Notes under the pieces: generated by a model
Database searches by the model: none
Told to the model about the DNA's origin: nothing
What the model saw: only the letters and a program-made list of their open reading frames with translations
Assembly (NCBI GenBank): GCA_963785235.1
Contig: CAWAUM010000001.1
Coordinates: forward strand, 672,001 to 736,000
From: an uncultured delta proteobacterium
Lineage (GTDB): Bacteria; Desulfobacterota; Desulfomonilia; UBA1062
Length of the DNA stretch: 64,000 nucleotides
Direction: 5' to 3'
Shown: positions 31,283 through 43,107 of the stretch, in pieces
Layout: each line of letters opens with the position of its first letter
How positions within the stretch are numbered: the stretch's first letter is position 1
Made by a program: the position numbers and the translations under genes

Positions 31283-31630
31283 ATGAATATCTTTGTAGGA
31301 AATTTATCGAGAGAAGTTACCAATGAGGATCTGCTGCAGGCATTTCAGGCATTTGGTGAGGTAACAACAGCCAATGTCATCCGTGATAAATTCAGCGGTG
31401 ATTCACGAGGGTTCGGCTTTGTTGAAATGCCGGCCAAGGCCGCTGCACAGACTGCCATTGCCGAGATGAACGGCAAGGAATTGAAAGGACGCGCAATCAA
31501 TGTCAATGAAGCCCGCCCGCGTGCTGATAACCGCGGTGGCGGTGGAGGCGGTGGCGGCGACAGAGGCAGAAGGCCTGGCGGAGGCGGAGGCGGTGGCGGC
31601 GGTGGTGGCGGAGGCAGACGCCGATTCTAA
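31283..31630 (+). CDS. RRM RNA-binding protein with Gly-rich tail
   Basis: IFVGNL (RNP2), RGFGFVEM (RNP1), VNEARPR. Confidence 0.95.
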   Translation: MNIFVGNLSREVTNEDLLQAFQAFGEVTTANVIRDKFSGDSRGFGFVEMPAKAAAQTAIAEMNGKELKGRAINVNEARPRADNRGGGGGGGGDRGRRPGGGGGGGGGGGGGRRRF

Positions 31631-31725
31631 TCACGCCGGACTTTAACGAGAAAGTTTAAAGAGCGGCTTAGGTCGCAGCTGCTTAGTTGGGATGAACGTG
31701 AGCGAACCCCGACAAATAGATGGAG

Positions 31726-31750
31726 AGGCGGGCCTTGTGCCCGCCTTTTT
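31726..31750 (+). terminator. Intrinsic terminator
   Basis: AGGCGGGC-CTTGT-GCCCGCCT-TTTT. Confidence 0.7.
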
Positions 31751-31865
31751 GCAGGCAGAGCTTTTGCCTTGGAGTAGCCCTCCTGAACAGCAAAAGTGGC
31801 CCAGGCCGTGATAAGACCATATATGGGAAAGTAGGGGCGGCACAAATGGTCGCCCCATATTCTTA

Positions 31866-32603
31866 TTAGCTCAACAGCACCTTATACCCTGCTATCATGA
31901 GGACCAGAGACAGGATCTTCTGCACGCCCAGGATAGGGAGTTGCCTGCTGCCGAGATAAGACCCCACAAGGCCTCCGGCCACGGCGGTAAGGGCAAAATT
32001 AAAGGCATAGGCAGGCACCGTATGGCTGCCGTGCACATAACCCAGCAGACCGGAACACGAGTTGGCCAGAATGAAGAAGGCCGATACCGCAGCCGTCTCC
32101 TTGTTTCCTGCCCAGCCCATGAGAATGAGCAGTGGGCTCAAGAAGATACCCCCACCCACGCCGATGAGGCCGGAGAATAAGCCCAGTACTGCCCCAATAA
32201 GCAGTGAAAGGGCGGTAGAAGGCAGGCGTATCCCGCTGATAAGCATTGCCGGCCTTACAAAGAGCTGAACTGCTGAAAACCACAAGATGAGCACCACGAT
32301 GTACTTATAGAAATATGCAGGCAGGACAAAATAGCCCCCGATAAAGGCACAGGGGATGGATGTGGCGGCAAAACGCCAGAAGGCTGACCAGCGGAAATAA
32401 CCTGCCCGGTAAAACTGGACCGAGGCGATGAGCGATACCAGGATGTTCAGCACCAGGGCAGTGGGTTTGATGGCGAGAGGAGTAAGCCCGAAGAGTGTCA
32501 TGATGGCTATGTATCCCGATGCGCCCCCATGCCCGACGCAGGAATACAACACCGCGATGGTAAAGATGCAGATGAGCAGAAATGTTAAGGTCGACGGGTC
32601 CAT
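31866..32603 (-). CDS. TauE/SafE family sulfite exporter
   Basis: YSCVGHGGASGY, SGLIGVGGGIFLSP. Confidence 0.9.
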   Translation of the reverse strand: MDPSTLTFLLICIFTIAVLYSCVGHGGASGYIAIMTLFGLTPLAIKPTALVLNILVSLIASVQFYRAGYFRWSAFWRFAATSIPCAFIGGYFVLPAYFYKYIVVLILWFSAVQLFVRPAMLISGIRLPSTALSLLIGAVLGLFSGLIGVGGGIFLSPLLILMGWAGNKETAAVSAFFILANSCSGLLGYVHGSHTVPAYAFNFALTAVAGGLVGSYLGSRQLPILGVQKILSLVLMIAGYKVLLS

Positions 32604-32646
32604 CTGTTGCTCCATGAGTAAGGACTGATCATAATCGTTTCCAGTC

Positions 32647-33217
32647 CTACAGGTATGGCCCTTGTCCCCGGCAGGCCGGGCAGGTCTCACCTAGATCTCT
32701 CCGATAGGCCTCTTTGCAGGAAGGGCACAGCGCTATTGCAGACCTCTTCTTTTTCGAATCGGTGATGTATGAGAGGCTTTACCGTGACTTTTTCTGTGCT
32801 GTAGATACCTGTCCCAGCCCTTTTGAACTCGTCTAAGATCAGCTCCAAGACCTGTTCTTTCTTGGGTCTTTCCTTCAGGAACCAGGCCCTGATTGCAGGC
32901 CAGTCCATAAGTTTTGCCGCATCGAGGTATACCCTGATGCCTGCGCCGGTGTACTTGTTGTAGAAGGTGAGGCTGTAGCGGCTGGTATCTGCGATCTTGA
33001 GCCACCGGTTGCCGATGGTGCAGGGCGTGAGCAGCTGCACTGCGTCCGGCAGGCAGTGCTGGCTCTCGCAGATGACATCGAAGAACTCTCCCTCGGGGAG
33101 ATTTGCCCTGGCAATGTCAACCATTATTCCGCCCGCGACAATGCCCGGGGCGATGCTCCCGTGGAAGGACTTTATCTTTTCAATGAATTCTTCAAAACTG
33201 TATGGTCCTATGTTCAT
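32647..33217 (-). CDS. FmdE-family protein with C-terminal Zn ribbon (frameshift near 32770)
   Basis: FHGSIAPG, CESQHCLPDAVQLLTPCTIGN; CPSCKEAY...CPAC in the shifted frame. Confidence 0.8.
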
Positions 33218-33296
33218 GCTGAACTCCTTTTTCTGTGACCACTCACTCGCCAACTCCCTCTCCCACGAGGGGCGAGGGAGCTAAGTCAGGTATGAA

Positions 33297-35547
33297 TCAG
33301 ACAGCCTCGACCCTGCACCTCACATATCGGTGCAGTGGCGTGCCTGCGAATTTGTCCCGATAGGTATTCTTGGTGAGCCGGTTGGCATTTGCGCCGTGAG
33401 GCCTTACCCTCATACACCATGCCGAACCCGTGGGGGATGATCACCTGGCCTTTGCGGGTGGACTCGGTCAGTCTCGGCCTCGATCTCCACCTGACCTGCA
33501 TCGGTTATGACGCGGACCATCTGACCGTCAGTGATGTGGAGTCTGTGCCGCATCATCGGGGTGCATGGCCAGGGTGCATGCCCGTTTGCCTGCATTCCAT
33601 GCAGGGTCGCGCATGAGGGTGTTGGCGTTCATGCTCATGTGGCGGCCTGCCTGGAGGATGAGGGGGTAGGCTGGATCGGGCTGCAGGGCCTTTTCTTCTG
33701 ATTCGGGCATCGATGCTGTTCACCCAGTCGGCCATCTCGGGGATGTGGACGTGGATCTTTCCATCCTCGTGGGTGATCATATGAGAAGTTTTCGGCCGGA
33801 TCGACCCGGCCGATGATGATCCCTTCCGGGTGGTCGAGGATGGCCTGGAATACCTCCTCGCCGAGCATGATGCCCGGGGTGAACCCGGCCCGGAGCCGCT
33901 GCCTTGCGGAATGCTTTCGGTGCGGCCTGGAGCAGTGCCCCATATGGCAGCCAGGTTGGGCGAGCCGAGCGTGACGCCCAGGGTCTTGGCCAGGACGTAG
34001 GGCATGTCTGGAATGGCCTTGGGGTTTTCCTGGATGAACTTCATGAGCTCCATGCCGAAGGTCATGCGGTCCTTTGATGCTGCATCCATCAGCGATTGCG
34101 GTATGGCAGGGATGAGGCCCAGGGCATCGGCGAGCCTGACCAGGATCTCGCTCAAATGGAGCTGCTCCCCTAGAGGTTCCACCACCGGACGGCGCATCTG
34201 GAAGTAGATCTCCGGGAAGGTCCAGGTGAAAAAGGTGCCGTCCCATGATTCGTAGCCCGAGCAGAGCCGGGCAGTACGTAGTGGGACAGGGCCGCTGTCT
34301 CGGTCATGGCAAGCTCGCAGGTCACCAGCAGATCGAGCTTCTTGAAGGCCTCCTCGTAGGCTGGTGGTGTCTGCATACGAGCGCAGGGGGTTTGACTGGC
34401 AGCACATCACTGATCCTGGTCCTGTCCTTGTGGTCGCTCAGGATTTCCTCAGGCAGCACATTGGGAGGAAACACGCCCATGAGCGCCGGGAAGTCCGTGG
34501 TCACGGTGCGCCAGGTCTTGGGGTCGCGCTCGTCCGTGTGGGCGCCCAGCGGCATGAGGCTCCCGGGGATCGGGTTGCCTCCGGGGACGCAGAGCCTGCC
34601 GCAGATGGCGGCCAGGAGCAGGTGGAGGTAGGATGCAACCGTGCTGTGGCGGTTCATATAGATGCCGAGGTCCGTGTGCATGCACCACTTCCTGGTGGCG
34701 AGTAGCCTGCACACCTCGCGGACCTGCTCGTAGTCGAGCTCGCAGACCGCGACAGGCCGCCTTTGCATCGAAGCCTGAAAACCAGGGCTCGATCTCTTCA
34801 AATCCGGTCAACATGCTGCTCGATATATTCCTTGTTCTGCCAGCCCTCCTCAAGGATGATGGCGATCATGGCCCGGGTGAGCAGGGCATCGGTGCCGGGC
34901 CGGACGGCCAGGTGGATGTCTGCGATCTCGGCGGTCTCGGATTTTCTGGGGTCGATGACCACCAGAAGCTTGTCCGGGTTCTTTGAGAATTCCTTGAGCA
35001 CGAGCGGGGCCCGCGGCATCTGGTGGCTCTGCATGCCGTTCCAGCCGATGGCCAGGATCATGTCGGAAGCATGCTCGTCCGGGATGCCGAAGAGGTACTG
35101 CTTGCCCGCGAATCTGCCTGAGGCCCAGAAGATGCCCGTGAGCTCCTGGGCAAGGGGGCTGTAGTGGTAGCGGGAGCCGAGCGCGCGCATGAGCCTCACC
35201 CCGAAGGCGGCATCGAAGTGGCAGCCCTGGCCTCCTCCGCCCATGTAGGCATAGGATTTCGGACCATGCTCAGAGATGATTTCCTTGATCCTGAGCGCGA
35301 TCTCGCTGATGGCCTGCTCCCAGGAGATACGTTCGAATTTGTCCCCCACGCGCTTCAGCGGGTGGGTGAGCCGGTCTTTGTGGTGCTGGTGAAAGGCGAT
35401 GTTGGCCCCCTTGCGGCAGACATAGCCCTTGGAGCGGGGATTGTCCTTGTCGCCCCTGGTCTTTACAATCCGGTTATCCTCGACATACACCTCAAGCCCG
35501 CAGTTCTGTGCGCAGAGCACGCAGCCGGTCTTCTTCCATTCACCCAT
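33297..35547 (-). CDS. Molybdopterin-dependent oxidoreductase (many frameshifts)
   Basis: CVLCAQNCG..C Fe-S motif, VIDPRKSETA, RPGTD, NPLRSY, C-terminal GR...MHP...PHGFG. Confidence 0.85.
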
Positions 35548-36164
35548 GTGTTGTCCTCCTCTTTCCCGAGCCGGATTGGCTGATTTTCAGGATATGATCA
35601 AAAACCATGTGCTTGAATATAATAAGCGGCTCGATATTCTTGACGAGTTTCATGTGCATGATGGCGCCCTCCCAGCTGTTCAGGATGAACTGGGCGGTAG
35701 TGGCCGGGTCCATCCCGGCAGGGAGTTCTCCCAGGTCTTTCGCCTCCATGAGCATCTGTGGCAATATGGCCGTGCATGCGTGCGTAGATATCGCCCACCT
35801 TTTCCCTGAACGGCTCGCTTAAATCACTCATCTCCTGCATGAGATTGCCGATGGGGCACCCGCATCGCATCTCCATATTTTCGAACATCTCCTGGTAGGC
35901 ATCCATGAAGCCCGAGAGCCTCTCCATGGGGGGGATGCTGCTGTCGCTCAGGTATTTTTCACCCATGGCCTCGATGAACTTCCAGTAGTAGTCCACAAGC
36001 TCCAGGCCGAAGTCATCCTTGCTCTTGAAATAGAAGTAGAACGAGCCCTTGGGTATCTGGGCAGCATTCAGGATCTCCTGGAGGCCGGTTTTGTTGAATC
36101 CCTTGGCGTGAATGAGGCGCGCCCCTTCCCGGAGGATGGTTTTCTTTGAGGTATCGCGTGCCAT
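35540..36164 (-). CDS. TetR family regulator, NemR-like (frameshift near 35760)
   Basis: KGFNKTGLQEIL...PKGSFYFYFKSK; GCPIGNL; NSWEGA. Confidence 0.88.
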
Positions 36165-36171
36165 GCCGCTG

Positions 36172-36201
36172 ATAATAGACCAGTCGTCTAGTGCCTGTCA
36201 A
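36172..36201 (-). promoter_or_regulatory. sigma70 promoter with TAGAC-N5-GTCTA operator
   Basis: TTGACA-18 nt-TATTAT; palindrome at 36176-36190; predicted +1 at about ATG 36164. Confidence 0.65.
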
Positions 36202-36364
36202 CCCCGGTTTCCCTCTGTCCGGCTGCAAAGGTTTTTTTGAATCATCTTTTCCTTGTGCGATCAAAGACTTCCCCCTAACATCAATATCAGTTATTATTAA
36301 AAAAAATTTAGCCCACGATAGATCAATACTTCATTAAAGCATGGGAAGAGGGGAGAATCCTAGA

Positions 36365-38025
36365 ATGGGAGTCCATCATCTGGCAGGTAAACCGGCACCA
36401 AAAGAGATGCTTGTAAATGTGCAGGCACTTATGGATGCCTACTATTCGTTGCATCCCGATATGAATGTCGCTTCCCACAGGGTATCATTCGGTACCTCCG
36501 GCCATCGCGGGTCTTCTTTTTCTTACAGTTTCAATGAGGACCACATCCTTGCCATCACCCAGGCCATCTGCGACTATAAGAAGGAGCTCGCCATTGACGG
36601 GCCGCTGTTCATGGGCAAGGATACCCATGCGCTTTCCGAGCCGGCATTCCGGACAGCCCTGGAGGTCCTTGCAGCCAATGCCGTAACGGTCATGATCCAG
36701 GAAGGCGGCGGGTTTACACCCACACCGGTGATCTCGCACGCAATACTCGATTATAACAGGGGCAGGCAAGGCTCGCTCTCAGACGGCATTGTGGTGACGC
36801 CGTCTCACAATCCACCCGAGGACGGGGGTTTCAAGTATAACCCGCCTGAAGGGGGGCCTGCGGATACGAATATTACGGCATGGATCGCAACGAGAGCCAA
36901 CAAGATCCTTGAAAGTCGCAATGCCTCAGTAAGGCGCATCCCCTTTGAGCGGGCAATCAAGGCGCCTACCACGACCCTGTATGATTACATCGGTCCGTAT
37001 GTGGAAGGGCTCTCCAGCATTGTGAACATGGATGCCATCTCTTCTGCAGGGCTTAAGCTCGGCGCCGATGCCTTAGGCGGTGCAGGCTTTGCCTTCTGGC
37101 CCCATATAGCCCAGCGTTACGGGCTTGATATCGAGCTTATGCACGGCAAGGCCGACCCTACCTTCTCCTTCATGACCGTGGATCACGACGGCAAGATCAG
37201 GATGGACTGCTCTTCGCCCTACGCCATGGCAGGCCTCATCAGCCTGAGAGACCGTTTCGACCTTGCCTTCGGCAATGATCCTGATTTTGACCGGCATGGT
37301 ATCGTAACCAAGACAGGCGGGCTCATGAATCCTAACCACTACCTGGCCGTTGCCATCGAATATCTCTTCTACAACAAGGGATGCAGTGGAGGAAAGACAC
37401 CGGCATAGGCAAGACTCTGGTGAGCAGCTCCATGATCGATAGGGTTGCCCATTCTCGGGGCAGGCAGCTTGTTGAGGTGCCGGTGGGGTTCAAGTGGTTC
37501 GTCAAGGGGCTTATGGACGGCTCGCTGGGCTTCGGAGGCGAAGAGAGCGCCGGTGCATCGTTCCTGCGTACGGACGGTGCGGTGTGGACAACGGACAAGG
37601 ATGGCATTATTATGGACCTCCTTGCTGCAGAGATGATGGCAGTGTGGGGCAAGGACCCATCCGAGATATATCACGGGCTTGAATTGCAGTTCGGCGCGTT
37701 TGCCTATGAACGTATGGATGTCCCGGCAAGCGCTGCCCAGAAGGCAGTGCTTGGCAAGATCTCTCCGGAACTTATTGCCAAAGGGGACCTGGCAGGTGAT
37801 GCAATCCAATCTGTCCTCACCGAGGCCCCGGCCAACCAGGCCCCCATAGGCGGGATCAAGGTAATCACCGGCGGCGGCTGGTTCGCAGCGCGTCCCTCGG
37901 GTACGGAGGATATCTACAAGATCTATGCGGAAAGCTTCAAAGGTGACGAACACCTGAAGCAGCTGCAGGAAGGGGCCCGTGACCTTATTAACCAGGCGTT
38001 TGTCAATGCAGGGCTCGGCAGGTAG
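36365..38025 (+). CDS. pgm: Phosphoglucomutase (frameshift near 37380)
   Basis: [36 protein letters not shown]. Confidence 0.95.
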
Positions 38026-38177
38026 TTGTTGCTGCTTACCCCTTGACCGCTGATATACAATCTTAATCTCTCAAGGAGAGAGGGGGCAGGAGGAAAATAG
38101 CCTTATGGAAAAAAGGAACACCCATGCGCAGCTCTCACCCGGACGCATAAGCATGGGCAGGGTGTTCGTTAGATCTC

Positions 38178-38930
38178 ATGAAGTACATCATACTCATGAC
38201 CCTGCTCGTGTTGCTTATGGCCAAAGGCACAGCAACGCTGGGCTATAACTGGCAATGGTACAGGATTCCAAAATATCTCTTCACCATTACGGATGCCGGC
38301 TTTGCTGCAGGGCCGCTTTTGAAAGGGCTCATGGTAACACTGCGTATCACAGTAGTAAGCATGGTACTGGCATTCGCCATTGGCCTTGTAACAGTGCTGT
38401 TCCGGCTTTCCAACTCGTTTTCCGCCCGGGCCCTTGCCAGGGCATACCTGGAACTGATCCGGAACACCCCACTGCTCATCCAGCTGTTTTTGATCTACTT
38501 TGTCATCTCACCCATAGCAGGTATCGGGGCCTTTACCTCTGCGGTGCTCGCTTTGAGCCTTTTTGAAGGGGCCTATATCTCAGAGATCTTCCGGTCAGGG
38601 ATCGAGTCCATCTCCAAAGGGCAATGGGAGGCGAGCCTGAGCTCGGGCCTTTCCACCTTTGAGGCCTACAGGTTCGTGATACTCCCGCAGGCCATCCGCC
38701 GTATCCTGCCGCCGCTTACCAGTCAGGCAGTATCACTCATCAAAGACTCGGCCCTGGTGAGTACCATTGCAATCTATGACCTGGCCATGCAGGGCCAGGC
38801 TATCGTTGCCGAGACATTTCTGGTTTTTGAGGTCTGGTTTACCATAGCGGCCATATACCTGGTTATAACCATAAGCCTCTCAACGCTTGTGTATGAGATG
38901 GAAAAACATATGAAGAGAACCCTTGCATGA
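38178..38930 (+). CDS. Polar amino-acid ABC permease (may start at 38105 if frameshifted)
   Basis: RNTPLLIQL, GAYISEIFRSG, GQWEA, VILPQA, LIKDSAL. Confidence 0.9.
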   Translation: MKYIILMTLLVLLMAKGTATLGYNWQWYRIPKYLFTITDAGFAAGPLLKGLMVTLRITVVSMVLAFAIGLVTVLFRLSNSFSARALARAYLELIRNTPLLIQLFLIYFVISPIAGIGAFTSAVLALSLFEGAYISEIFRSGIESISKGQWEASLSSGLSTFEAYRFVILPQAIRRILPPLTSQAVSLIKDSALVSTIAIYDLAMQGQAIVAETFLVFEVWFTIAAIYLVITISLSTLVYEMEKHMKRTLA

Positions 38931-39116
38931 ATGGTGATTTATATATGAATCATCCCGTTTCAGGGCAATTATCGCGACTTTCACCAATGCTCACCCCCCC
39001 TGCCGTAAGGGTGTGGAAAAGTATGGCACGCTACATAACTCACCATTTCTCTGGTTCCGGAAGATGAATTACTCTACAAATCCTTTTTAATGAATCAATA
39101 TGGTGTCTCCTGCTTT

Positions 39117-41288
39117 TTACTCCTTGGATTTAACTCGCTTATCCGGATTTGGCGGCTTCACGCCTTCAGATCCCACCTGCACGGGCTGAACCGGCAGCTT
39201 CTGTGGCCTGCTGATTTTACCGGGCTTTCCAGTTTGGCCGGGTTTTTGCGGAGCAATCCGTTCCTGCGCCCTTGCTTTGCCGGGTTTTTCCTGCAGGGGC
39301 TGTGGTGACGGCTTCACACGTTCAGTGCTCACCTGCTCGGGCTGTATCGGCGGCTTGTGTGGTTTGCGAATTTGACCGGGTTTTTCAGGTTGTCCGGATA
39401 TTTGCGGAGCGACCTGTTCCGGCGCTCTGGCTTTGACCGGTTTTTCCTGCAGGGCTTGTGGAGTCGGCTTCACACGTTCAGATCCCACCTGCACGGGCTG
39501 AACCGGTGGCTTCTGTTGTTTGCTAATTTTACCGGGTTTTTCAGGTTGGTCGGGTATTTGCGGAGCGATCCGTTCCGGCGCTCTGGCTTTGCCGGGTTTT
39601 TCCTGCAGGGCCGGTGGTGCCGGCTTCACGCGTTCTGATCCCACCTGCTCGGGTCGTACCGGCTGCTTCTGTGGTCTGCCGATTTGACCTGGACGTGTTT
39701 CTGTTGCTCCCTCTCCGCGCCTTTTGATTTCTTTCTTCTGGAACTTCACTTCAGATTCCGGCCGGTTTACCTCTTTAGCTGGAACGATACGGTTCGTTAT
39801 CTTGGGTGCCTCGACCCGGGATTCCCGGTTGATCCTGCCTTCCGGTGTTCGCTTCACTTGCTGCTGGAGCACGGCGGCGTTTTCTCTCCTGTCCTTATCC
39901 TTGTGTATGATCGTTTCATTTTGCTCTATACGTTTGATTACGCTCTTGTGCGGCTTCTGATTTACAGTTTTGTTCGTGTAGTTGTAACGCTGTTTGTTCG
40001 TTTCGTAATTGTTAATAACCGTATTATTGACTACCGGCGCGGCGCGGTAGTTATTGATGATGGTGGTGTTATTTATGTTGGTCACCCGGACATTTCTGTA
40101 ATTGTTCACATTATAAAAATTGTTCTGGTTGACCACGATGGCACGATTTGCATAGGCATAATTCCGGACATTGATGTTGATCCGGGTGATGTTGACATTG
40201 TTCACAACCACCGCATGCGGGTCTCCCCAGTGGCGGTGACTGTAATAGGTCTCGCGCGGGGCCAGAGGCACCCATCCTACATAAGCCCCGCTGTAAATCC
40301 ATGAAACCCTGCCGGGATTCCAGAAAAAACCCACGTTGAGCAGGGGAAGACCGATCTGCACCCTTGCTACAGGCGGAGCCCAGTACCAGTTATTGCTTAC
40401 ATAAACCCAGTTACCGTAATGGTGGGTGATATAACCGAATGACTCTGCAGGGATCCATGTTTGGTCCCCGTCCCAATCGGTCCATCGGCCCATGGTAAAA
40501 GGTGACCAGCCTATGACTACGGTGGTGGGCCGCCAGAACCAGCGAGGGCTTCCCTCATAGGGAACCCTCTCCCATCTTCCATTCTCTTCAAGGGTATATG
40601 CCTCGTCCCGGAGGCTGGGCGGGAGATAATTTGCCGAACGCCCCCTATGCCTCGCCTTTTCCGCCCAAAATTTATCACGCTTCGAGTTCCACCTGTCCCA
40701 GTCCGGATCGACGGTTCCGTCACCTGATGACACCTGGTTATAGTCGGCGAGTAATCGACGGAGAACCGGCCGCCACGTCGTATCTGGCCTCATTTGCCGA
40801 CTGGACGAAACTCACTTTCCCCCTCACCGCAACCACTTCGACAGAGTCTTCGCCCACATAGAAGTCAAAGACCGTACCCGGATAGGCCAAGACGTACCCG
40901 TAGGGACTTGTGCCTTTAATGGCGGTACCGGAGCTTTTATTGTAGAACCTGGCTACGCCAGAAGCTACGTCCATTTCAGACAGGTCAGTGTCAAGGGCGA
41001 TGAACTGGATCTGCGTGTTGTTCCCGGTCCTGATCCAGGTCCCGTTGGGAACGATCAACTCTGCCATCTCCCCGTGCTTCCTGAATAGAGGGTGTCCCCT
41101 GCACCGAACGGCGCGTCCTTGACTAAAGCCACCCAGTCCTTTTCATCAGGAACATAACGGAGCAGATCCCCTTCGATCTGGTAGACTCGACCAACCACCA
41201 CGGACGGGTCCGCTGCAGCAAGAGAGGGGAGAACCAGAATACTCATTGCAAGAATCAAAAAGACCAGCGATTTAAACCATTTATTCAT
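39117..41288 (-). CDS. Secreted FecR/DUF6600-type protein with repetitive tail (two frameshifts)
   Basis: Signal peptide; GDTLY..AEL..NGTWIR; W/P-rich WSPFTMGRW..HYGNW..VGWVPLAPRE; Asn/Val-rich then Pro/Gln/Lys-rich repeats. Confidence 0.8.
39152..39672 (-). repeat. 156-bp (52-aa) coding tandem repeat, about 3.3 copies
   Basis: GGCTTCAC anchors at 39154, 39310, 39466 and 39622. Confidence 0.9.
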
Positions 41289-41467
41289 TTTTCTCTCCCT
41301 CATGCAAAACAATACGAAGACCTTTTTATTGGAACCTTACATATAATAGTCATGAATTTGTTCCAGACAAGGGTATGGGTACATCCAAACGGAAAATCTG
41401 GGATTAATGGTGATTCTGACCCTTCAGGAACAGAGGAACAATCCGGCCAAACATTTCCCCTGGTTAT

Positions 41468-42412
41468 TCACATGCTCATTACGCCCCTGCTTTTTGCTCT
41501 TTGATAATACCATGACCCATGGATGTTCTGGTAGGTCCATACCAGCCGGAACAAGGACGGCAGCCTGGGGATCCAGAAGGAGGTGGTGGGCCCCAGACTT
41601 GGGGCAGTGCGTCCAATGGTGATCTTGGATATGAGCACACCTTCACCCTCCTCCCTGCTCATTCGTGCCAGGACCACCCCAGCCCCGTCTACGATCTGGG
41701 TTTCTCCCAGATAATACGATTCATAGGGCACCCCGGGCAGCCACGGCATGAATGCCCTGAAATTCCCTGCATGGGCTGCGTGGATCACCGGGACACCGAG
41801 GAGTCGAGAGAAGGTTGCCGGGGTTGAAGCCATGACATTCAGGTTTCTGCAGTGGTGCCAGTCCCAGAAAGACTTGGGCGGCCAACCTTGAGGCATTGTC
41901 CACCAGCAAGATCCGCCCACCACGAGGTCGACCTTGCCCAGGAGACGCCTTACCGTACGGGTTCTCACGAACTCCCAGCACAAAGCGGATCCCATCTCGC
42001 CCAGCGGGGTGGAAATGATGCCGTCATCATGGCCCCCCACATAGTAGCAGTTCTCCCACATGGTGGGCTGGTCCTTGTCGTGGAACTCCGTTGAGCCGTC
42101 CGGCATGGCAAGGACAAAGGTGTTGTAGCGTTCGCTGGATCTTGATGCGATGAATGAACCGCCCACATAGAGCTGGTGCTTTTTTGCCTTGGATACAAGG
42201 AATTCGGTTGCCTTGCCGTTTAGGGGGAGAACAGCATCGAGCAGGCTTGGGTGAAAGGCGGCAGCGCTCGTGAAGAACTCAGGCAAGATGATTATCTGTG
42301 CACCTTTTCCGGCAGCCTCCTCCACAAGCCTGTCTGCCTTTTCAAGATTGGCTGGGACATTTCCCAGAACCGCTTTCATCTGCACTGCTGCTGCCTTTAA
42401 TGTCTTCGCCAT
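41468..42412 (-). CDS. Carbon-nitrogen hydrolase (nitrilase superfamily)
   Basis: Triad LPEFF / HDK / LCWE. Confidence 0.88.
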   Translation of the reverse strand: MAKTLKAAAVQMKAVLGNVPANLEKADRLVEEAAGKGAQIIILPEFFTSAAAFHPSLLDAVLPLNGKATEFLVSKAKKHQLYVGGSFIASRSSERYNTFVLAMPDGSTEFHDKDQPTMWENCYYVGGHDDGIISTPLGEMGSALCWEFVRTRTVRRLLGKVDLVVGGSCWWTMPQGWPPKSFWDWHHCRNLNVMASTPATFSRLLGVPVIHAAHAGNFRAFMPWLPGVPYESYYLGETQIVDGAGVVLARMSREEGEGVLISKITIGRTAPSLGPTTSFWIPRLPSLFRLVWTYQNIHGSWYYQRAKSRGVMSM

Positions 42413-42510
42413 GTCTTCTCCTGTAACTGATGATAGGAAAGAATAAGGCCCTCCTTCCATGCCCTAAAAGGGGAAATTCCGGAAATGGAGGGCCCGTTTA
42501 TCTAGTCGTT

Positions 42511-42882
42511 TCAGGCTATCTTTCTGCTCAACTTTTTTAACCTACTGATGCGCCGGCGCAGGATGGCAACCCTGGTTTCTTCCTTATTCTCATGTGCAAC
42601 GGCTTTTGCCTTTTTGATTTCCCTGATCTTGGCCTTGATATCGGGCTTGGACAATATAACCTTTGCTTTAGGCTTTTTCTTCTTCTTGTCATGATGCACA
42701 GGCCCCTCGTCCTTGATGCCTTTTGCCTGCTTGATAAAAATAATGAGCTGCTCTTTGGTCATGTCCCGGACAGCGACTTCGGTGTGCTCGTGGGGGATCT
42801 CCAGAGCGACTTCCCTGAGTTCCTTGATGGTCATCTTGTCAACGGGTTTTTCATGGTTATGCTTCTTGGTTTCTTCTGACAT
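42511..42882 (-). CDS. Basic protein with Rho_N-like helical domain
   Basis: DKMTIKELRE...DMTKEQLI; Lys-rich C-terminus; SD GGAGG. Confidence 0.6.
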   Translation of the reverse strand: MSEETKKHNHEKPVDKMTIKELREVALEIPHEHTEVAVRDMTKEQLIIFIKQAKGIKDEGPVHHDKKKKKPKAKVILSKPDIKAKIREIKKAKAVAHENKEETRVAILRRRISRLKKLSRKIA

Positions 42883-43107
42883 AGTTTTGATTATCCTCCT
42901 TTGTCAATAGTTTCAAGATATTTGGGCCATATGATCAAAGAGGCTCTGAGGAATGTTTTTCGTGGCGTTTGTCTGCATCCTAAGGAGCTTCTTGGATGAT
43001 GCGGCCGATGAAACATTGTAACGGACTGGACATTTTCAGACAACAGGAAAATCTTTGTCTTTATGAACAGGAATGTTGATGATATGCAAAAGGGGCAGAG
43101 ACAATGT

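Noticed and set aside
31532-31615. GGC/GGT run as a DNA repeat or G-quadruplex
   Set aside because: Explained by the poly-Gly tail of the RRM protein
31631-31860. Possible ncRNA between the RRM gene and tauE
   Set aside because: The hairpins are explained by terminators and REP-like elements between convergent genes
33297-35547. Selenocysteine in the Mo oxidoreductase
   Set aside because: The breaks are frame changes, not in-frame TGA codons at a ligand position
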